NCBI GenBank assembly: GCA_038231435.1
Contig: JBBRLJ010000005.1
Location: forward strand, 32,001 to 96,000
Source of the DNA: Planctomycetota bacterium
GTDB taxonomy: Bacteria > Planctomycetota > UBA11346
Direction of reading: 5' to 3'
DNA length: 64,000 nucleotides
In this document: one piece after another, positions 37,475 to 48,500 of the stretch
How the letters are laid out: each line of letters begins with the position of its first letter
Position numbering within the stretch: position 1 is the first letter of the stretch
Program-made: the position numbers and the translations under genes
Notes under the pieces: generated by a model
The model's input: the letters and a program-made list of their open reading frames with translations, nothing else
Databases searched by the model: none
What the model was told of the DNA's origin: nothing

Positions 37475-40027
37475 ATGGTGATGGGTACCATGATCGCACG
37501 CAAACACCTGGTCATCGTCGGCAACGGCATGGTCGGCCACAAGCTGGTCGAGCTGCTGGTGGAATCGGGCCAGCACCTGCGCTGGGACATCACCGTGTTC
37601 GGCGAGGAGCCCCGCCCCGCCTATGACCGGCTGCACCTCTCCGAGTTCTTCGCCGGACGCAGTGCCGAGCAGCTGTCGCTACTGTCCACGCCGGACTACT
37701 ACGACATCAACGGCGTCGCCCTGCGCACCGGCGCGCGTATCGCGACGATCGACCGGGCGGACAAGACCCTGGCGCTCGCCGATGGCGAGCTGGTGTCCTA
37801 CGACCGCCTGGTGCTGGCGACCGGTAGCTTCCCATTCGTTCCGCCGATCCCGGGCGCCAAGAGCTCCGGCTGCTTCGTCTACCGCACCATCGAGGATCTC
37901 GAGGCGATCCACGTTGCGGCGGCCGACAAACGCGTGGGCGTGGTGGTGGGAGGGGGCCTGCTCGGCCTCGAGGCGGCCAACGCCCTGTCGCAGCTCGGCC
38001 TGAAGACCCACGTGGTCGAATTCGCGCCGCGCCTGATGGCGGTGCAGATCGACGACGCCGGTGGCGCGATCCTGCGGCGCAAGATCGAGTCGCTCGGCGT
38101 ATCGGTCCACACCTCCAAGAGCACCGCCGAGATCGCCGCGGGCGCCGAGGGACGCGGGCTCAAACTGGTGTTCGCCGACAAGAGCGAGTTGCCCACCGAC
38201 CTGGTGGTGTTCTCGGCCGGCATCCGTCCGCGCGACGAGCTGGCGCGCGCCAGCGGCCTGACCGTGGGCGAGCGTGGCGGCATCGCTATCGACGCTTCCT
38301 GCCGCACCTCGGATCCGGCGATCTCGGCGATCGGCGAGTGCGCGCTGTGGCAGAACCGCATCTACGGCCTGGTCGCGCCCGGTTACCACATGGCTCGGGT
38401 GGTCGCCGACGATCTGGCCGAGGCCGGCCAGCCGGCCAGCTTCTCGGGCTTCGACATGAGCACCAAGCTCAAGCTCATGGGCGTGGACGTCGCCAGCTTC
38501 GGCGACGCCCACGGCGCCACCCCTGGATCGCACAGCGTGCACTTCGCCGACACCGCGGCGGAGACCTACAAGAAGCTGGTGCTCTCGCCCGACCGCAAGC
38601 GCCTGCTCGGCGGCGTGCTGATCGGAGACGCTACGGCGTACAGCCAGCTGCTGCAGATGACGCTCAATGCCCTGGCGATGCCCGACAAGCCAGAGGAGCT
38701 GATCCTGCCCGCGCGCTCCGGCGCTTCTGGCGGCAAGCCGGCCGGACTACGCGTCGCCGATCTGCCCGACGCGGCGATGATCTGCTCGTGCCACAACGTC
38801 GCCAAGCACACCATCTGCGGCGCTGTCCAGGATGGTCGCTTCACCGAGCTCGGCCAGATCAAGGCCTGCACCAAGGCCGGAACCGGCTGCGGCTCGTGCG
38901 TGCCGCTGCTCAAGGAGCTGCTCGACGACGGCATGGCCAAGGCCGGTCTCGAGGTCAGCCATGCGCTCTGCGAGCACTTCGACCAGTCGCGCCAGCAGCT
39001 CTACCACCTGGTGCGCGTGCATGGAATCCGTTCGTTCGCTGATCTGATCGCACGCCACGGCCGCGGCCGTGGCTGCGCGGTGTGCAAACCGGCGGTGGGG
39101 TCGATCCTGGCCTCGGCCTGGAACGAGCACGTGCTCGAGCCCAGCCACGCGCACCTGCAGGACACCAACGATCGCTTCCTCGCCAACATCCAGCGCGACG
39201 GCACCTACTCCGTCGTCCCCCGCGTTCCGGGCGGCGAGATCACGCCCGACCAGCTGATCGCGCTTGGCCAGGTGGCGAAGAAGTACCGCCTCTACACCAA
39301 GATCACCGGAGGCCAACGCGTCGACCTGTTCGGTGCCCGGGTTTCGGAACTGCCGCCGATCTGGGAGGAGCTGATCGCCGCCGGATTCGAATCCGGGCAC
39401 GCCTACGGCAAGGCGCTGCGCACGGTGAAGTCGTGCGTCGGCTCCACCTGGTGCCGCTATGGCGTGCAGGATGCGGTAGGTCTCGCGATCAGGCTCGAGA
39501 ATCGCTACAAGGGCTTGCGCAGCCCGCACAAGCTCAAGTCCGCCTGCTCGGGCTGCGCGCGCGAATGCGCCGAGGCCCAATCGAAGGACTTCGGGATCAT
39601 CGCCACCGAGCGCGGCTACAACCTGCACCTGTGCGGCAACGGCGGCATGAAGCCACAGCACGGCGTGCTCTTCGCCAGCGATCTGGACGAGGAACGGGCG
39701 ATCCGCTACCTCGACCGCTTCCTGATGTTCTACATCCGCACCGCCGACCGCCTCGAGCGCACGGCGACCTGGTTCAACAAGCTCGAGGGCGGCATCGACT
39801 ACCTGCGCGCGGTGATCATCGACGACTCGCTGGGCATCGCCGCCGAGCTCGAGGCCGAGATGACGGGCATCGTCGCCACCTACCAGGACGAGTGGCGGAC
39901 GGTGGTGATGGATCCGGCCAAGCGCGCGCGCTTCCGCACCTTCGTAAACAGCGACGCCGCCGATGCCTCGATCGCCACCGTGCTCGAGCGCGGGCAGCCG
40001 CGTCCGCGTGAGACCGTCTCGGCCTGA
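37475..40027 (+). CDS. nirB: NAD(P)H nitrite reductase large subunit (start may be 37490)
   Basis: GNGMVG FAD site, GGGLLGLEAA, two BFD-like Cys clusters, KSCVGSTWC and SGCAREC siroheme/4Fe-4S ligands. Confidence 0.97.
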   Translation: MVMGTMIARKHLVIVGNGMVGHKLVELLVESGQHLRWDITVFGEEPRPAYDRLHLSEFFAGRSAEQLSLLSTPDYYDINGVALRTGARIATIDRADKTLALADGELVSYDRLVLATGSFPFVPPIPGAKSSGCFVYRTIEDLEAIHVAAADKRVGVVVGGGLLGLEAANALSQLGLKTHVVEFAPRLMAVQIDDAGGAILRRKIESLGVSVHTSKSTAEIAAGAEGRGLKLVFADKSELPTDLVVFSAGIRPRDELARASGLTVGERGGIAIDASCRTSDPAISAIGECALWQNRIYGLVAPGYHMARVVADDLAEAGQPASFSGFDMSTKLKLMGVDVASFGDAHGATPGSHSVHFADTAAETYKKLVLSPDRKRLLGGVLIGDATAYSQLLQMTLNALAMPDKPEELILPARSGASGGKPAGLRVADLPDAAMICSCHNVAKHTICGAVQDGRFTELGQIKACTKAGTGCGSCVPLLKELLDDGMAKAGLEVSHALCEHFDQSRQQLYHLVRVHGIRSFADLIARHGRGRGCAVCKPAVGSILASAWNEHVLEPSHAHLQDTNDRFLANIQRDGTYSVVPRVPGGEITPDQLIALGQVAKKYRLYTKITGGQRVDLFGARVSELPPIWEELIAAGFESGHAYGKALRTVKSCVGSTWCRYGVQDAVGLAIRLENRYKGLRSPHKLKSACSGCARECAEAQSKDFGIIATERGYNLHLCGNGGMKPQHGVLFASDLDEERAIRYLDRFLMFYIRTADRLERTATWFNKLEGGIDYLRAVIIDDSLGIAAELEAEMTGIVATYQDEWRTVVMDPAKRARFRTFVNSDAADASIATVLERGQPRPRETVSA

Positions 40028-40086
40028 TCCTCGATCACTGTGCATTCTTCCGCATCTCGACCGCCACGTCCGACCACGGAGCAACC

Positions 40087-40470
40087 ATGCCCGAAGCTCT
40101 CGCGATCTCCCCGGCCCCCCCTGCGAACCTGGGCGCGCCCGAGTGCCAGCAGTGGGAAGCCATCTGCCCGATGGAGCTGATCCATCCGGACACCGGCGTC
40201 GCCGCGCTCATCCGGGGACGCCAGGTGGCGGTGGTGCGCGTGGGCGAGGACCGGATCTACGCGCTCGACAACCTCGATCCGTTCAGCAACGCGATGGTGA
40301 TCGCGCGCGGCATCGTCGGCGACCGCGTCGGCGTGCCGATCATCGCCTCGCCGATCTACAAGCAGGCGTTCGATCTGCGCACCGGCGCCTGCCTCGATCA
40401 GCCCGGCGTGACCCTGATGACCTGGCCGGCGCGGGTGGTCGATGGGCGCGTCGAGATCAGCTTCTCCTGA
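40087..40470 (+). CDS. nirD: Nitrite reductase small subunit
   Basis: 'GVAAL..G.QVA', 'N.DPFS.A.VIARGIVGD', 'ASPIYKQ.FDL.TG.CL'. Confidence 0.95.
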   Translation: MPEALAISPAPPANLGAPECQQWEAICPMELIHPDTGVAALIRGRQVAVVRVGEDRIYALDNLDPFSNAMVIARGIVGDRVGVPIIASPIYKQAFDLRTGACLDQPGVTLMTWPARVVDGRVEISFS

Positions 40471-40502
40471 AACGCCTGAAACTCCTGGCAACGAGGCACT
40501 GC

Positions 40503-41855
40503 ATGGATTCCACCCCATCCGTATCCGTCGCGAACGCCAACCCGGCGGAGGCAGCCTCGCCCGACTCGGCGGCCTCCGCCGCTGGAGCGCGGCGCATCCT
40601 TATCCTTTCGACCAGCGCGTTCACCCTGCTGTTCGCGGTGTGGCTGATGTTCGGCGTGCTCGGCATCGCCATCAAGAAGGAGTTCGCCCTGACGCCGGTG
40701 CAGTTCGGCTGGCTCACCGCGACCGCGATCCTCAGCGGCTCGCTGTTCCGTCTGCCGTTCGGCATCCTCACCGATCGCATCGGCGGCAGGCGGATGATGT
40801 CGGCGCTGCTGCTGGTCACCGCCATCCCCTGCGCCTGCGTCGGCTGGGCGCACAGCTACGCCCAGCTGCTCGGCCTGGCGTTGTGCTTCGGCATCGCGGG
40901 AAATTCATTCTCGCTCGGCATCGCCTGGAATTCGGCATGGTTCTCGCGCGAGCGCCAAGGCGTGGCGCTGGGCACCTTCGGCGCTGGCAACGTCGGCGCG
41001 TCGGTCACCAAGCTGATCGCGCCGCTGCTCATCGGCCTGATGCCCGCCGCCGGATTCCTCGGCGGCGCCATCCCGGGCGGTTGGCGCTTCGTGCCGGTGC
41101 TCTATTCCGTGCTGCTGGTCGCGATGGCGGTGGTGGTGTGGTGCCTCGCGCCGGCGCCGGATCGCCGACCCGGCGCCGGGCGGACGCTCTCCGCCATGCT
41201 CACGCCGCTGCGCGATCTGAGGGTCTGGCGCTTCGGCCTGTACTACATCGTGGTGTTCGGCGCCTACGTGGCGCTCTCGTTGTGGCTACCCAACTACTAC
41301 AAGGAGGTCTACGGCCTGCCGCTCGCGAGCTCGGCGCTGCTGACCACGCTCTTCATATTCCCCGCCAGCCTGCTGCGCCCGTTCGGCGGCTGGCTCTCCG
41401 ACCGCTACGGCGCGCGGCCGGTGACCTACGCCACCTTCATCATCATGCTGCTCGCGAGCCTGCCGCTCGCGGCGCCGGCTTCGCTCTTCACGCTGGACGT
41501 GGTCGGCTTCACCGCGCTGGTGTGCGTGCTCGGCGTGGGCATGGGCGTCGGCAAGGCCTCGGTCTACCGCTACATCCCCGACTACTTCCCCGCCGACGTC
41601 GGGGCGGTGGGCGGACTGGTCGGAACCCTGGGCGCGCTGGGCGGATTCGTCCTGCCGCTGAGCTTCGGATACCTGCAGCAGGCGACCGGCCGGCCCCAGA
41701 GCTGCTTCATGGCCCTATCCTGCCTGATCGCGGTGAGCCTGCTGTGGCTGCATGCGGTAGTGCTCGGCATCCGGCGCGGTGAACGCACCATGACAGGACT
41801 GGCTCTCGCACCGGGTGGCGTGCCGGCCGATCCCGCGAAAGCCGAAGCCGCCTGA
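40503..41855 (+). CDS. narK: Nitrate/nitrite MFS transporter (NarK/NNP family)
   Basis: 'GSLFRLPFGILTD', 'G.AG.SF..G', 'FGAGNVG', 'FGAYVA', 'RPFGGWLSDR', 'GALGGF'; sits in the nir/nas cluster. Confidence 0.9.
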   Translation: MDSTPSVSVANANPAEAASPDSAASAAGARRILILSTSAFTLLFAVWLMFGVLGIAIKKEFALTPVQFGWLTATAILSGSLFRLPFGILTDRIGGRRMMSALLLVTAIPCACVGWAHSYAQLLGLALCFGIAGNSFSLGIAWNSAWFSRERQGVALGTFGAGNVGASVTKLIAPLLIGLMPAAGFLGGAIPGGWRFVPVLYSVLLVAMAVVVWCLAPAPDRRPGAGRTLSAMLTPLRDLRVWRFGLYYIVVFGAYVALSLWLPNYYKEVYGLPLASSALLTTLFIFPASLLRPFGGWLSDRYGARPVTYATFIIMLLASLPLAAPASLFTLDVVGFTALVCVLGVGMGVGKASVYRYIPDYFPADVGAVGGLVGTLGALGGFVLPLSFGYLQQATGRPQSCFMALSCLIAVSLLWLHAVVLGIRRGERTMTGLALAPGGVPADPAKAEAA

Positions 41856-44800
41856 TGCCGCCCCGGACGATACGCCCGACCGAGGCCGTGAAGTCCATCT
41901 GCTGCTACTGCGGCACCGGCTGCGGTGTCGAGGTCAAGCGCGACGCGCGCGGGGCCCTCTCGCTGTCGGGCGATGAGAGCCATCCCACCAACCGCGGCAT
42001 GCTCTGCGCCAAGGGCAAGGCGTTGCTGCACGCAGCGCTCGCGCGAGACCAGCGCCTGCTCCAGCCGCAGGTGCGGCTCGACCGGGCGCGGCCATTCGGG
42101 CGCGCCAGCTGGGAGGCGTCGCTCGCGCACATCGCCTCCACCTTCAAGCGCATCATCGCCGAGCATGGTCCGGACGCGGTGGGCTTCTACTGCTCGGGTC
42201 AGATGCTCACCGAGGAGTACTACGTCATCAACAAGCTGGTGAAGGGCTTCATCGGCACCAACAACCTCGACACCAACTCGCGCCTGTGCATGTCCTCGGC
42301 GGTGGCTGGCTATAAACAGACGCTCGGCTCAGACAGCCCGCCGATCGCCTACGACGACATCGAGCACTGTGACACCTTCCTGGTCGCGGGCGCGAATCCC
42401 GCCTGGGCGCATCCGATCATCTGGCGGCGCGTCGAGGCTCGGCGCGCGAGCGATCCGTCGGTGCGCATCGTGGTGATCGATCCCCGACGCACTGCGACCT
42501 GCGCGGTCGCGGACCTGCACCTGCAGATCATGCCCGGAACCGACGTGGCGATGCATCTGGGCCTTACTCGGCGCCTGCGCGACATCGGAGCGGTGGATGA
42601 GGCCTTCGTGCGCGATCACGCCGATGGCTGGAGCGAGCTCGAACGCGCGTGCGAGCCCTTCACGCTCGAGCGCACCGCAGAGCTGTGCGGCGTCGACGCC
42701 GCCGACATCGCCCAGGCCGCCGACTGGCTCGGCGGCGATCGGCGCTTCCTGTCGCTGTGGACGATGGGGCTGAACCAGAGCGCGGTCGGCGTCGACAAGA
42801 ACGTCACGCTCATCAACCTCTCGCTGGTCACCGGCAAGATCGGCAGGCCGGGCTGCGGGCCGTTCAGCCTCACCGGGCAGCCCAACGCCATGGGCGGGCG
42901 CGAGGTCGGCGGGATGGCCAATCTCGCCTCGGGCCACCGCGATCTCGCCGATCCGGTGCACCGCGCCGAGATCGCCGCGCACTGGGGCGTGCCATCGGTG
43001 CCCGACAAGCCGGGGCTGACCGCGGTGGAGATGTTCCGCGCCCTGGCCGATGGCCGGCTCAAGGCGGTGTGGATCGTCGCCACCAATCCGGTCGAATCGC
43101 TGCCCGACGCGAGAGCGGTCGAGGCCGGGCTGGCGCGCGCCGAGCTGGTCGTGGTCCAGGACATCCATGCCACCGCGACCGCCGCCCACGCGCACGTGCT
43201 GCTGCCCGCCGCGACCTGGCTCGAGAAGACCGGGACCATGACCAACTCGGAGCGGCGCGTCTCGCTGCTCGGAAGGCTGCTCGACCCGCCCGGGGAGTGC
43301 CTGCCCGACAGCCGCATCTTTACGCGATTCGCCGAGGCGATGGGCTGGGGCGCCTCCTTCGCGTACCGTGACGAGGCGGAGATCTTCGCCGAGCACGCTG
43401 CGCTGACGCGCGGACGCGACTGCGACATCGGCGGACTGTCGCACCGCCGCCTGATCGAGGCCGGCGGGCTGCAGTGGCCGGTGCCCACCGATGAGCATCC
43501 CGGCACGCCGCGCCTGTTCGCCGATGGCCGCTTCCGCACCCCGGACGGGCGGGCGCGCCTGCGCTCGCCGGCCTTCGTCGACCCCGCCGGCGGCGCCAGC
43601 GGATCCGACCGGCTCTCCGCCGAGCTGCCACTGGTGCTGACCACTGGCCGCCTGCGCGATCAATGGCACACCCAGACCAAGACCGGCAAGGTCGCGAAGC
43701 TGCGCGAGCACGCGCCGCATCCGCGCTGCGAGATCCATCCAGCCGACGCCGAGGCGCGCGGCATCCGTGACGGCGACGTGGTGGTGGTCGCGAACGGGCG
43801 CGGCGAGGTCCAGGTGCTGGCCGAGGTCACCGACGCGATCAGGCGGGGCGTGGTCTTCCTGGCCATGCACTGGGGCAAGGCCAACGCCGGGGAACGCGGC
43901 CGCACCAACACCCTCACCAGTCCTGCGCTCGATCCGGTGTCGCGCGAGCCCGATCTGAAATACGCGGCAGTGCAGGTGCGCCGCCACCAGCCGGCCAGGC
44001 GGCGCATCGTCATCGTGGGCGGCGGCGCGGCGGCGCGCGCCTTCGTCGAGCGGCACCGCGCGAATGGCAGCACCGATGCGATCACCATCCTCGGCGAGGA
44101 GCGCGACCCGATCTACAACCGCGTGCTGCTGCCGCACCTGATCGGCGGCGACACCGATTTCGCGGGCATGGTCACCATGACCAGCCCGCAGCTCGCCGAA
44201 CGCGGCGTCGACTTCCGCGCTGGCACCACGGTCACGCGCATCGACCGGGCGAGCAAGCAGGTCGTTGACGCCCAGGGGGGGCGCTATCCCTACGACGTGC
44301 TGGTGCTCGCCACCGGCAGCCGCGCGGCGAAGCACTACCAGGGCCCGGTGCCGCGCTCGGGCGTCCACAGCCTACGCAAGCGCGGCGACGCCGAGGCGAT
44401 CCGCGCCCGGGCCGGACCTGGCCGCCACGCCATCATCGTCGGCGCCGGGCTGCTCGGCCTCGAGCTCGCCGACGCGCTCGCGCGCATCGGTACGCGGGTC
44501 ACGGTGCTCCAGCGCAGCGACCGTCTGATGGGCAAGCAGCTCGACGCCAAGGCATCGGGCTATCTCAACCAGGCCATGAAGGAACGGGGCGTGGACATCC
44601 GCTTCAAGGCGGATGTCGAAGAACTGCTCGGCTCGGTGCGGGTCGAAGGCGTGCGCTTGAAGGGCGGCGCCGAGCTGGCGTGCGACCTGGTGATCTTCGC
44701 CACCGGCACGGTGCCCAACGCCGAGCTCGCGCGTGTGGCGGTGCTGCAGTGCTCCGACGGCGTGATCGTCGACGAGCACATGCGCACCTCCGATCCGGCG

Positions 44801-45451
44801 ATCCACGCCATCGGCGAGGTCGCCGAATTCCGCGGCAACACCGCCGGCACAACCGCGGCGGCAGAGGAGCAGGCCCGACAGCTCGCCGAATCATTGCGCG
44901 GGAATCTCCACGCCCGCTACCGCGGCCCGGTGAACAGCAGCGTCCTCAAGGTCGAGGGTCTCAGCCTTGCGGCGATCGGACTGTCCGAGGCCGGCCCGGG
45001 CATGAGCGAGGTGGTGCTCGACGACCCGGCGCTGGGGATCTACCACAAGTGCGTGATCAAGGACGATCGTCTGGTCGGGGTGATCATGTACGGCGATACC
45101 GACCGATTCGCGGACTACCGCGAGCTGGTCGCGAAGGGCATCGAGCTGGACGACCTGCGCCCCACGCTGCTGCGGCCTTCCGCCGGCGCGCGCGCGGTCG
45201 AAGGCCGCCTGGTATGCAGCTGCAACCAGGTCGGCGAGACCACCATCATCCGCGCCATCGGCGAGGCCGCCGCCAAGGGCGCCTGCGATCTGTCGGCGGT
45301 GTGCGCGAGCACCCGCGCCGGCACCTCGTGCGGCAGCTGCCGGCCCGAGATTTCGCAGCTGATCCAGCGGATGGGAAGTCCCCGGACGCGAACGGACGCA
45401 CTCGCGGAGATCCCCGCCGCGGAGCCGACCGCGGAGGAGGCGATCGCCTGA
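41855..45451 (+). CDS. nasA: Assimilatory nitrate reductase catalytic subunit fused to an FAD/NAD(P)H oxidoreductase and a BFD-like [2Fe-2S] domain
   Basis: CCYCGTGC..C 4Fe-4S motif, NSRLCMSSA, GQPNAMGGRE, TTGRLRDQWHT; then IVGGG.A, GAGLLGLE and C-terminal CSC..CGSC. Confidence 0.92.
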   Translation: MPPRTIRPTEAVKSICCYCGTGCGVEVKRDARGALSLSGDESHPTNRGMLCAKGKALLHAALARDQRLLQPQVRLDRARPFGRASWEASLAHIASTFKRIIAEHGPDAVGFYCSGQMLTEEYYVINKLVKGFIGTNNLDTNSRLCMSSAVAGYKQTLGSDSPPIAYDDIEHCDTFLVAGANPAWAHPIIWRRVEARRASDPSVRIVVIDPRRTATCAVADLHLQIMPGTDVAMHLGLTRRLRDIGAVDEAFVRDHADGWSELERACEPFTLERTAELCGVDAADIAQAADWLGGDRRFLSLWTMGLNQSAVGVDKNVTLINLSLVTGKIGRPGCGPFSLTGQPNAMGGREVGGMANLASGHRDLADPVHRAEIAAHWGVPSVPDKPGLTAVEMFRALADGRLKAVWIVATNPVESLPDARAVEAGLARAELVVVQDIHATATAAHAHVLLPAATWLEKTGTMTNSERRVSLLGRLLDPPGECLPDSRIFTRFAEAMGWGASFAYRDEAEIFAEHAALTRGRDCDIGGLSHRRLIEAGGLQWPVPTDEHPGTPRLFADGRFRTPDGRARLRSPAFVDPAGGASGSDRLSAELPLVLTTGRLRDQWHTQTKTGKVAKLREHAPHPRCEIHPADAEARGIRDGDVVVVANGRGEVQVLAEVTDAIRRGVVFLAMHWGKANAGERGRTNTLTSPALDPVSREPDLKYAAVQVRRHQPARRRIVIVGGGAAARAFVERHRANGSTDAITILGEERDPIYNRVLLPHLIGGDTDFAGMVTMTSPQLAERGVDFRAGTTVTRIDRASKQVVDAQGGRYPYDVLVLATGSRAAKHYQGPVPRSGVHSLRKRGDAEAIRARAGPGRHAIIVGAGLLGLELADALARIGTRVTVLQRSDRLMGKQLDAKASGYLNQAMKERGVDIRFKADVEELLGSVRVEGVRLKGGAELACDLVIFATGTVPNAELARVAVLQCSDGVIVDEHMRTSDPAIHAIGEVAEFRGNTAGTTAAAEEQARQLAESLRGNLHARYRGPVNSSVLKVEGLSLAAIGLSEAGPGMSEVVLDDPALGIYHKCVIKDDRLVGVIMYGDTDRFADYRELVAKGIELDDLRPTLLRPSAGARAVEGRLVCSCNQVGETTIIRAIGEAAAKGACDLSAVCASTRAGTSCGSCRPEISQLIQRMGSPRTRTDALAEIPAAEPTAEEAIA

Positions 45452-45520
45452 ACGAGGAGGAAGAGGCGGAGGAGGATGTGTACCGTCAAGAACCCGGCCC
45501 ATGCCATCTACGCATTACGA

Positions 45521-45552
45521 CAGATCCCGGCGCGGCGGCGCGCGGGGATCTG
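45521..45552. terminator. Hairpin between the convergent nasA and RND genes
   Basis: CAGATCCC...GGGATCTG inverted repeat with a GC-rich inner stem; no U tract. Confidence 0.4.
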
Positions 45553-45568
45553 AGTGCCGATGGACCTG

Positions 45569-48500
45569 TCAGACTGGCGATCGGCCTGAAGGGGACGAGG
45601 CGAGTGGCTGGGACTCGGACGGAGCCGGCGACTCGCGCCTCGAGCGGCTCAGCGCGCGCTGGAGATGGTCGAGGTAGATGTAGACGACCGGCGTGATGTA
45701 GAGCGTGATCAGCTGCGAAAACAGCAGGCCGCCGACCACCGCCAAGCCGAGCGCGTGCCGCGAGTTCGATACCGTGCCCAGGCCGATGGCGAGCGGCAGC
45801 GTCCCCATCAGCGCCGCCATGGTCGTCATCATGATCGGGCGGAAGCGCACGATGCAGCCCTGGTAGATGGCTTCCTCGGCGGATTTCTTCTCCTCGTGCT
45901 GGATCTGCAACGCGAAATCGATCATCATGATCGCGTTCTTCTTGACGATGCCGATGAGCATGATGATGCCGACGAAAGCATAGATGTTCAGATCCACTTT
46001 GAAGAGCAAGAGGGTGCCGAGCGCGCCGATGCCTGCCGAGGGCAGCCCGGACAGGATGGTGATCGGATGCACGAAGCTCTCGTAGAGGATGCCCAGGATC
46101 ATGTAGATGACCCCGATGGCGACGAACACCAGCACCAGCATGCCGGCAAAGGAGGACTGGAACGCCTGCGCCGATCCCTGGAACGAACCCGTGATGGTGC
46201 GTGGGAGCTCCGATCGCGCGAGTTGTCCGATGGAGTCGACCACCGTTCCGACCGAGGCGCCCTGCGACAGGTTGAACGAGATCGTCACCGCAGGCAGCTG
46301 ACCCTGGTGGTTGATGGTCAGCGGACCCACGCCGCGCGAGAGCTTCGACACCGCGCTGATCGGCACCAGGCCGCCGGGCGAAGCCGATGCTCCCGACGAG
46401 GCCTTGGCGCCTTGCGGCTGCGTGCTCGGGCGGACATACAGCGTGGACAACGCCGCCGGATCCATCTGGTGGCGCGGGTCGAGCTCCAGGATCACCCAGT
46501 ATTCGTCGGTATCGGTATAGATGGTGGAGGCCTGATTCGCGCCGAAGGCGTCGGCGAGCGTGGACTCGATCTGCTGGGCGCTGATGTTCAGCTCCGCGGC
46601 CTTGTCGCGGTCGATCTCGATGCGGATGCGCGGGCTCTTCAGCTGGAGATCGGTCGAGACGTCGATGATTCCGGGGATTGCTCGGAACTTGCCCTCCATC
46701 TCGGCGGCCACGCGGTACAACTCGTCGCGATCCGACCCTTGCATGGTGTACTGGTACTGGCCGTTGCCGGTCCGGCCGCCGATGTTGATCGGTGGCGGAT
46801 TCGAGAAGAACGCTCGCAGTCCCGGCAGGCCGGCGGTGGATTTGCGTAGCTGGTCGATCACCTCCTCGGGCGTGGCCTTGCGCTCGTACTGGTCCTTCAG
46901 GCGGATGAAGGCAAACCCCTGGTTGCTGGTGCCGCCGGCGCCGGCCACCGACATGTACGCGGCCACGTTCGCATTGGCACCGATGATCTCGGCGATGCGG
47001 AACTGGTTCTTGGACATGTCCTCGAACGAGATGTCCTGCGCCGCCTGGGTGCGCCCATTGAGCTGGCCGGTGTCCTCGTTGGGGATGAACCCCTTGGGGA
47101 TGATCGTGAACAGCCAGACGGTGACGCCGATGGTGGCGAAGCAGAGGATCAGCACCAGCAGGCGCAGCTTGAGCGCTACGCGCAGCGAATGCTCGTAGGC
47201 CCAGAGCATGCCGGTGAACATCCGCTCGGTGATGCGGTAGGCGAGGTTGTGCCGTTCGCGCGGTGGTCGCAGGAAGCGGCTGCAGAGCATTGGCGTCAAG
47301 GTCAGGGAGATGAAGCCGGAGATGAGGATCGACACCGCGATGGTCACGGCGAACTCGCGGAACAGGCGCCCGACGATGCCGCCCATGAACAGGAGCGGGA
47401 TGAACACCGCGGTGAGCGACAGGGTCATCGACAGCACGGTGAAGCCGATCTGCTTCGAGCCCTTCAGCGCGGCCTCCTGGACGGTCTCGCCGTGCTCCAT
47501 GCGACGCACGATGTTCTCGAGCATCACGATCGCGTCGTCGACGACGAAACCGGTGGCCAGGGTCAACGCCATCAGGGACAGGTTGTCGAGGTTGTAGCCG
47601 AGCATGCGCATCACGGCGAAGGTGCCGATCACCGACATCGGCAACGACAGGCTGGGAATCAGCGTGGCCCTGCCGTTGCGTAGGAACGCGAATATCACCA
47701 GCACCACCAGGATGCCGGTGAGCAGCAGCGTGCGCTTGACGTCGCTGACCGACGAGCGGATCGACACCGAGCGGTCGAAGAGCAGATCGAGTTTCAGCGA
47801 GGCCGGCAGCTGGGCCTGGAAACGCGGGATCAGCGCCTTGATGGAGTCAACGACCGCGACGGTGTTGACTCCGGGTTGTCGCTGGACGGCGAGCACCACC
47901 GAGCGCGTTCCATTGAACCAGTTGGCGACCTTGTCGTTCTGCACTCCATCGACGACCTGTCCGATCTGCTCCAGCCGGATCGGAGCCCCATTGCGGTAGG
48001 CGACGACGAGCGAGCGAAACGCCGCGGCGTCGTCGAGCTGTCCGCTCGCGAGCACGGTGAACGCCTGGTGGTGCCCGTTGAGCGTGCCGGTGGGCAGGTT
48101 CACGTTGCTCTGCTGGATGGCTTGGTGGACGTCCGCGAGGGTGATGCCGCGCGCCGCCATCGCCGCTGGATCCACCTGCACGCGCACCGCGTACTTCTGC
48201 GAGCCGTACACCACCACCTGCGCCACCCCGTCGACCATCGAGATGCGCTGGGCCATCATGCTCTCGCCGTACTCGTCGACCGTCGACAGCGGCAAGGTCT
48301 CCGAATGCAGGGCCAGGTAGAGGACGGGAGCATCGGCGGGGTTGACCTTGCGGTAAGTCGGCGGCGTCGGCATGCCCGGAGGCAGCTGGCGCTGCGCCGC
48401 CGCGATCGCCGTCTGCACATCCTGCGCCGCGGCGTCGATGCTGCGGTTGAGGTTGAACTGCAGCGTCACCTGTGTGCTGCCGAGCGAGCTCGTCGAGGTC

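Noticed and set aside
42329..44368. Long antisense and alternate-frame ORFs (also e.g. 14107-16068, 60529-62574)
   Set aside because: Shadows of well-supported genes, expected at this GC content, with Arg/Ala/Gly-rich composition and no motifs.
45476..45553. 25-codon ORF with GGAGG after nasA
   Set aside because: The SD-like text is part of a GAG-rich tract and the ORF runs through the intergenic hairpin; no protein-like features.
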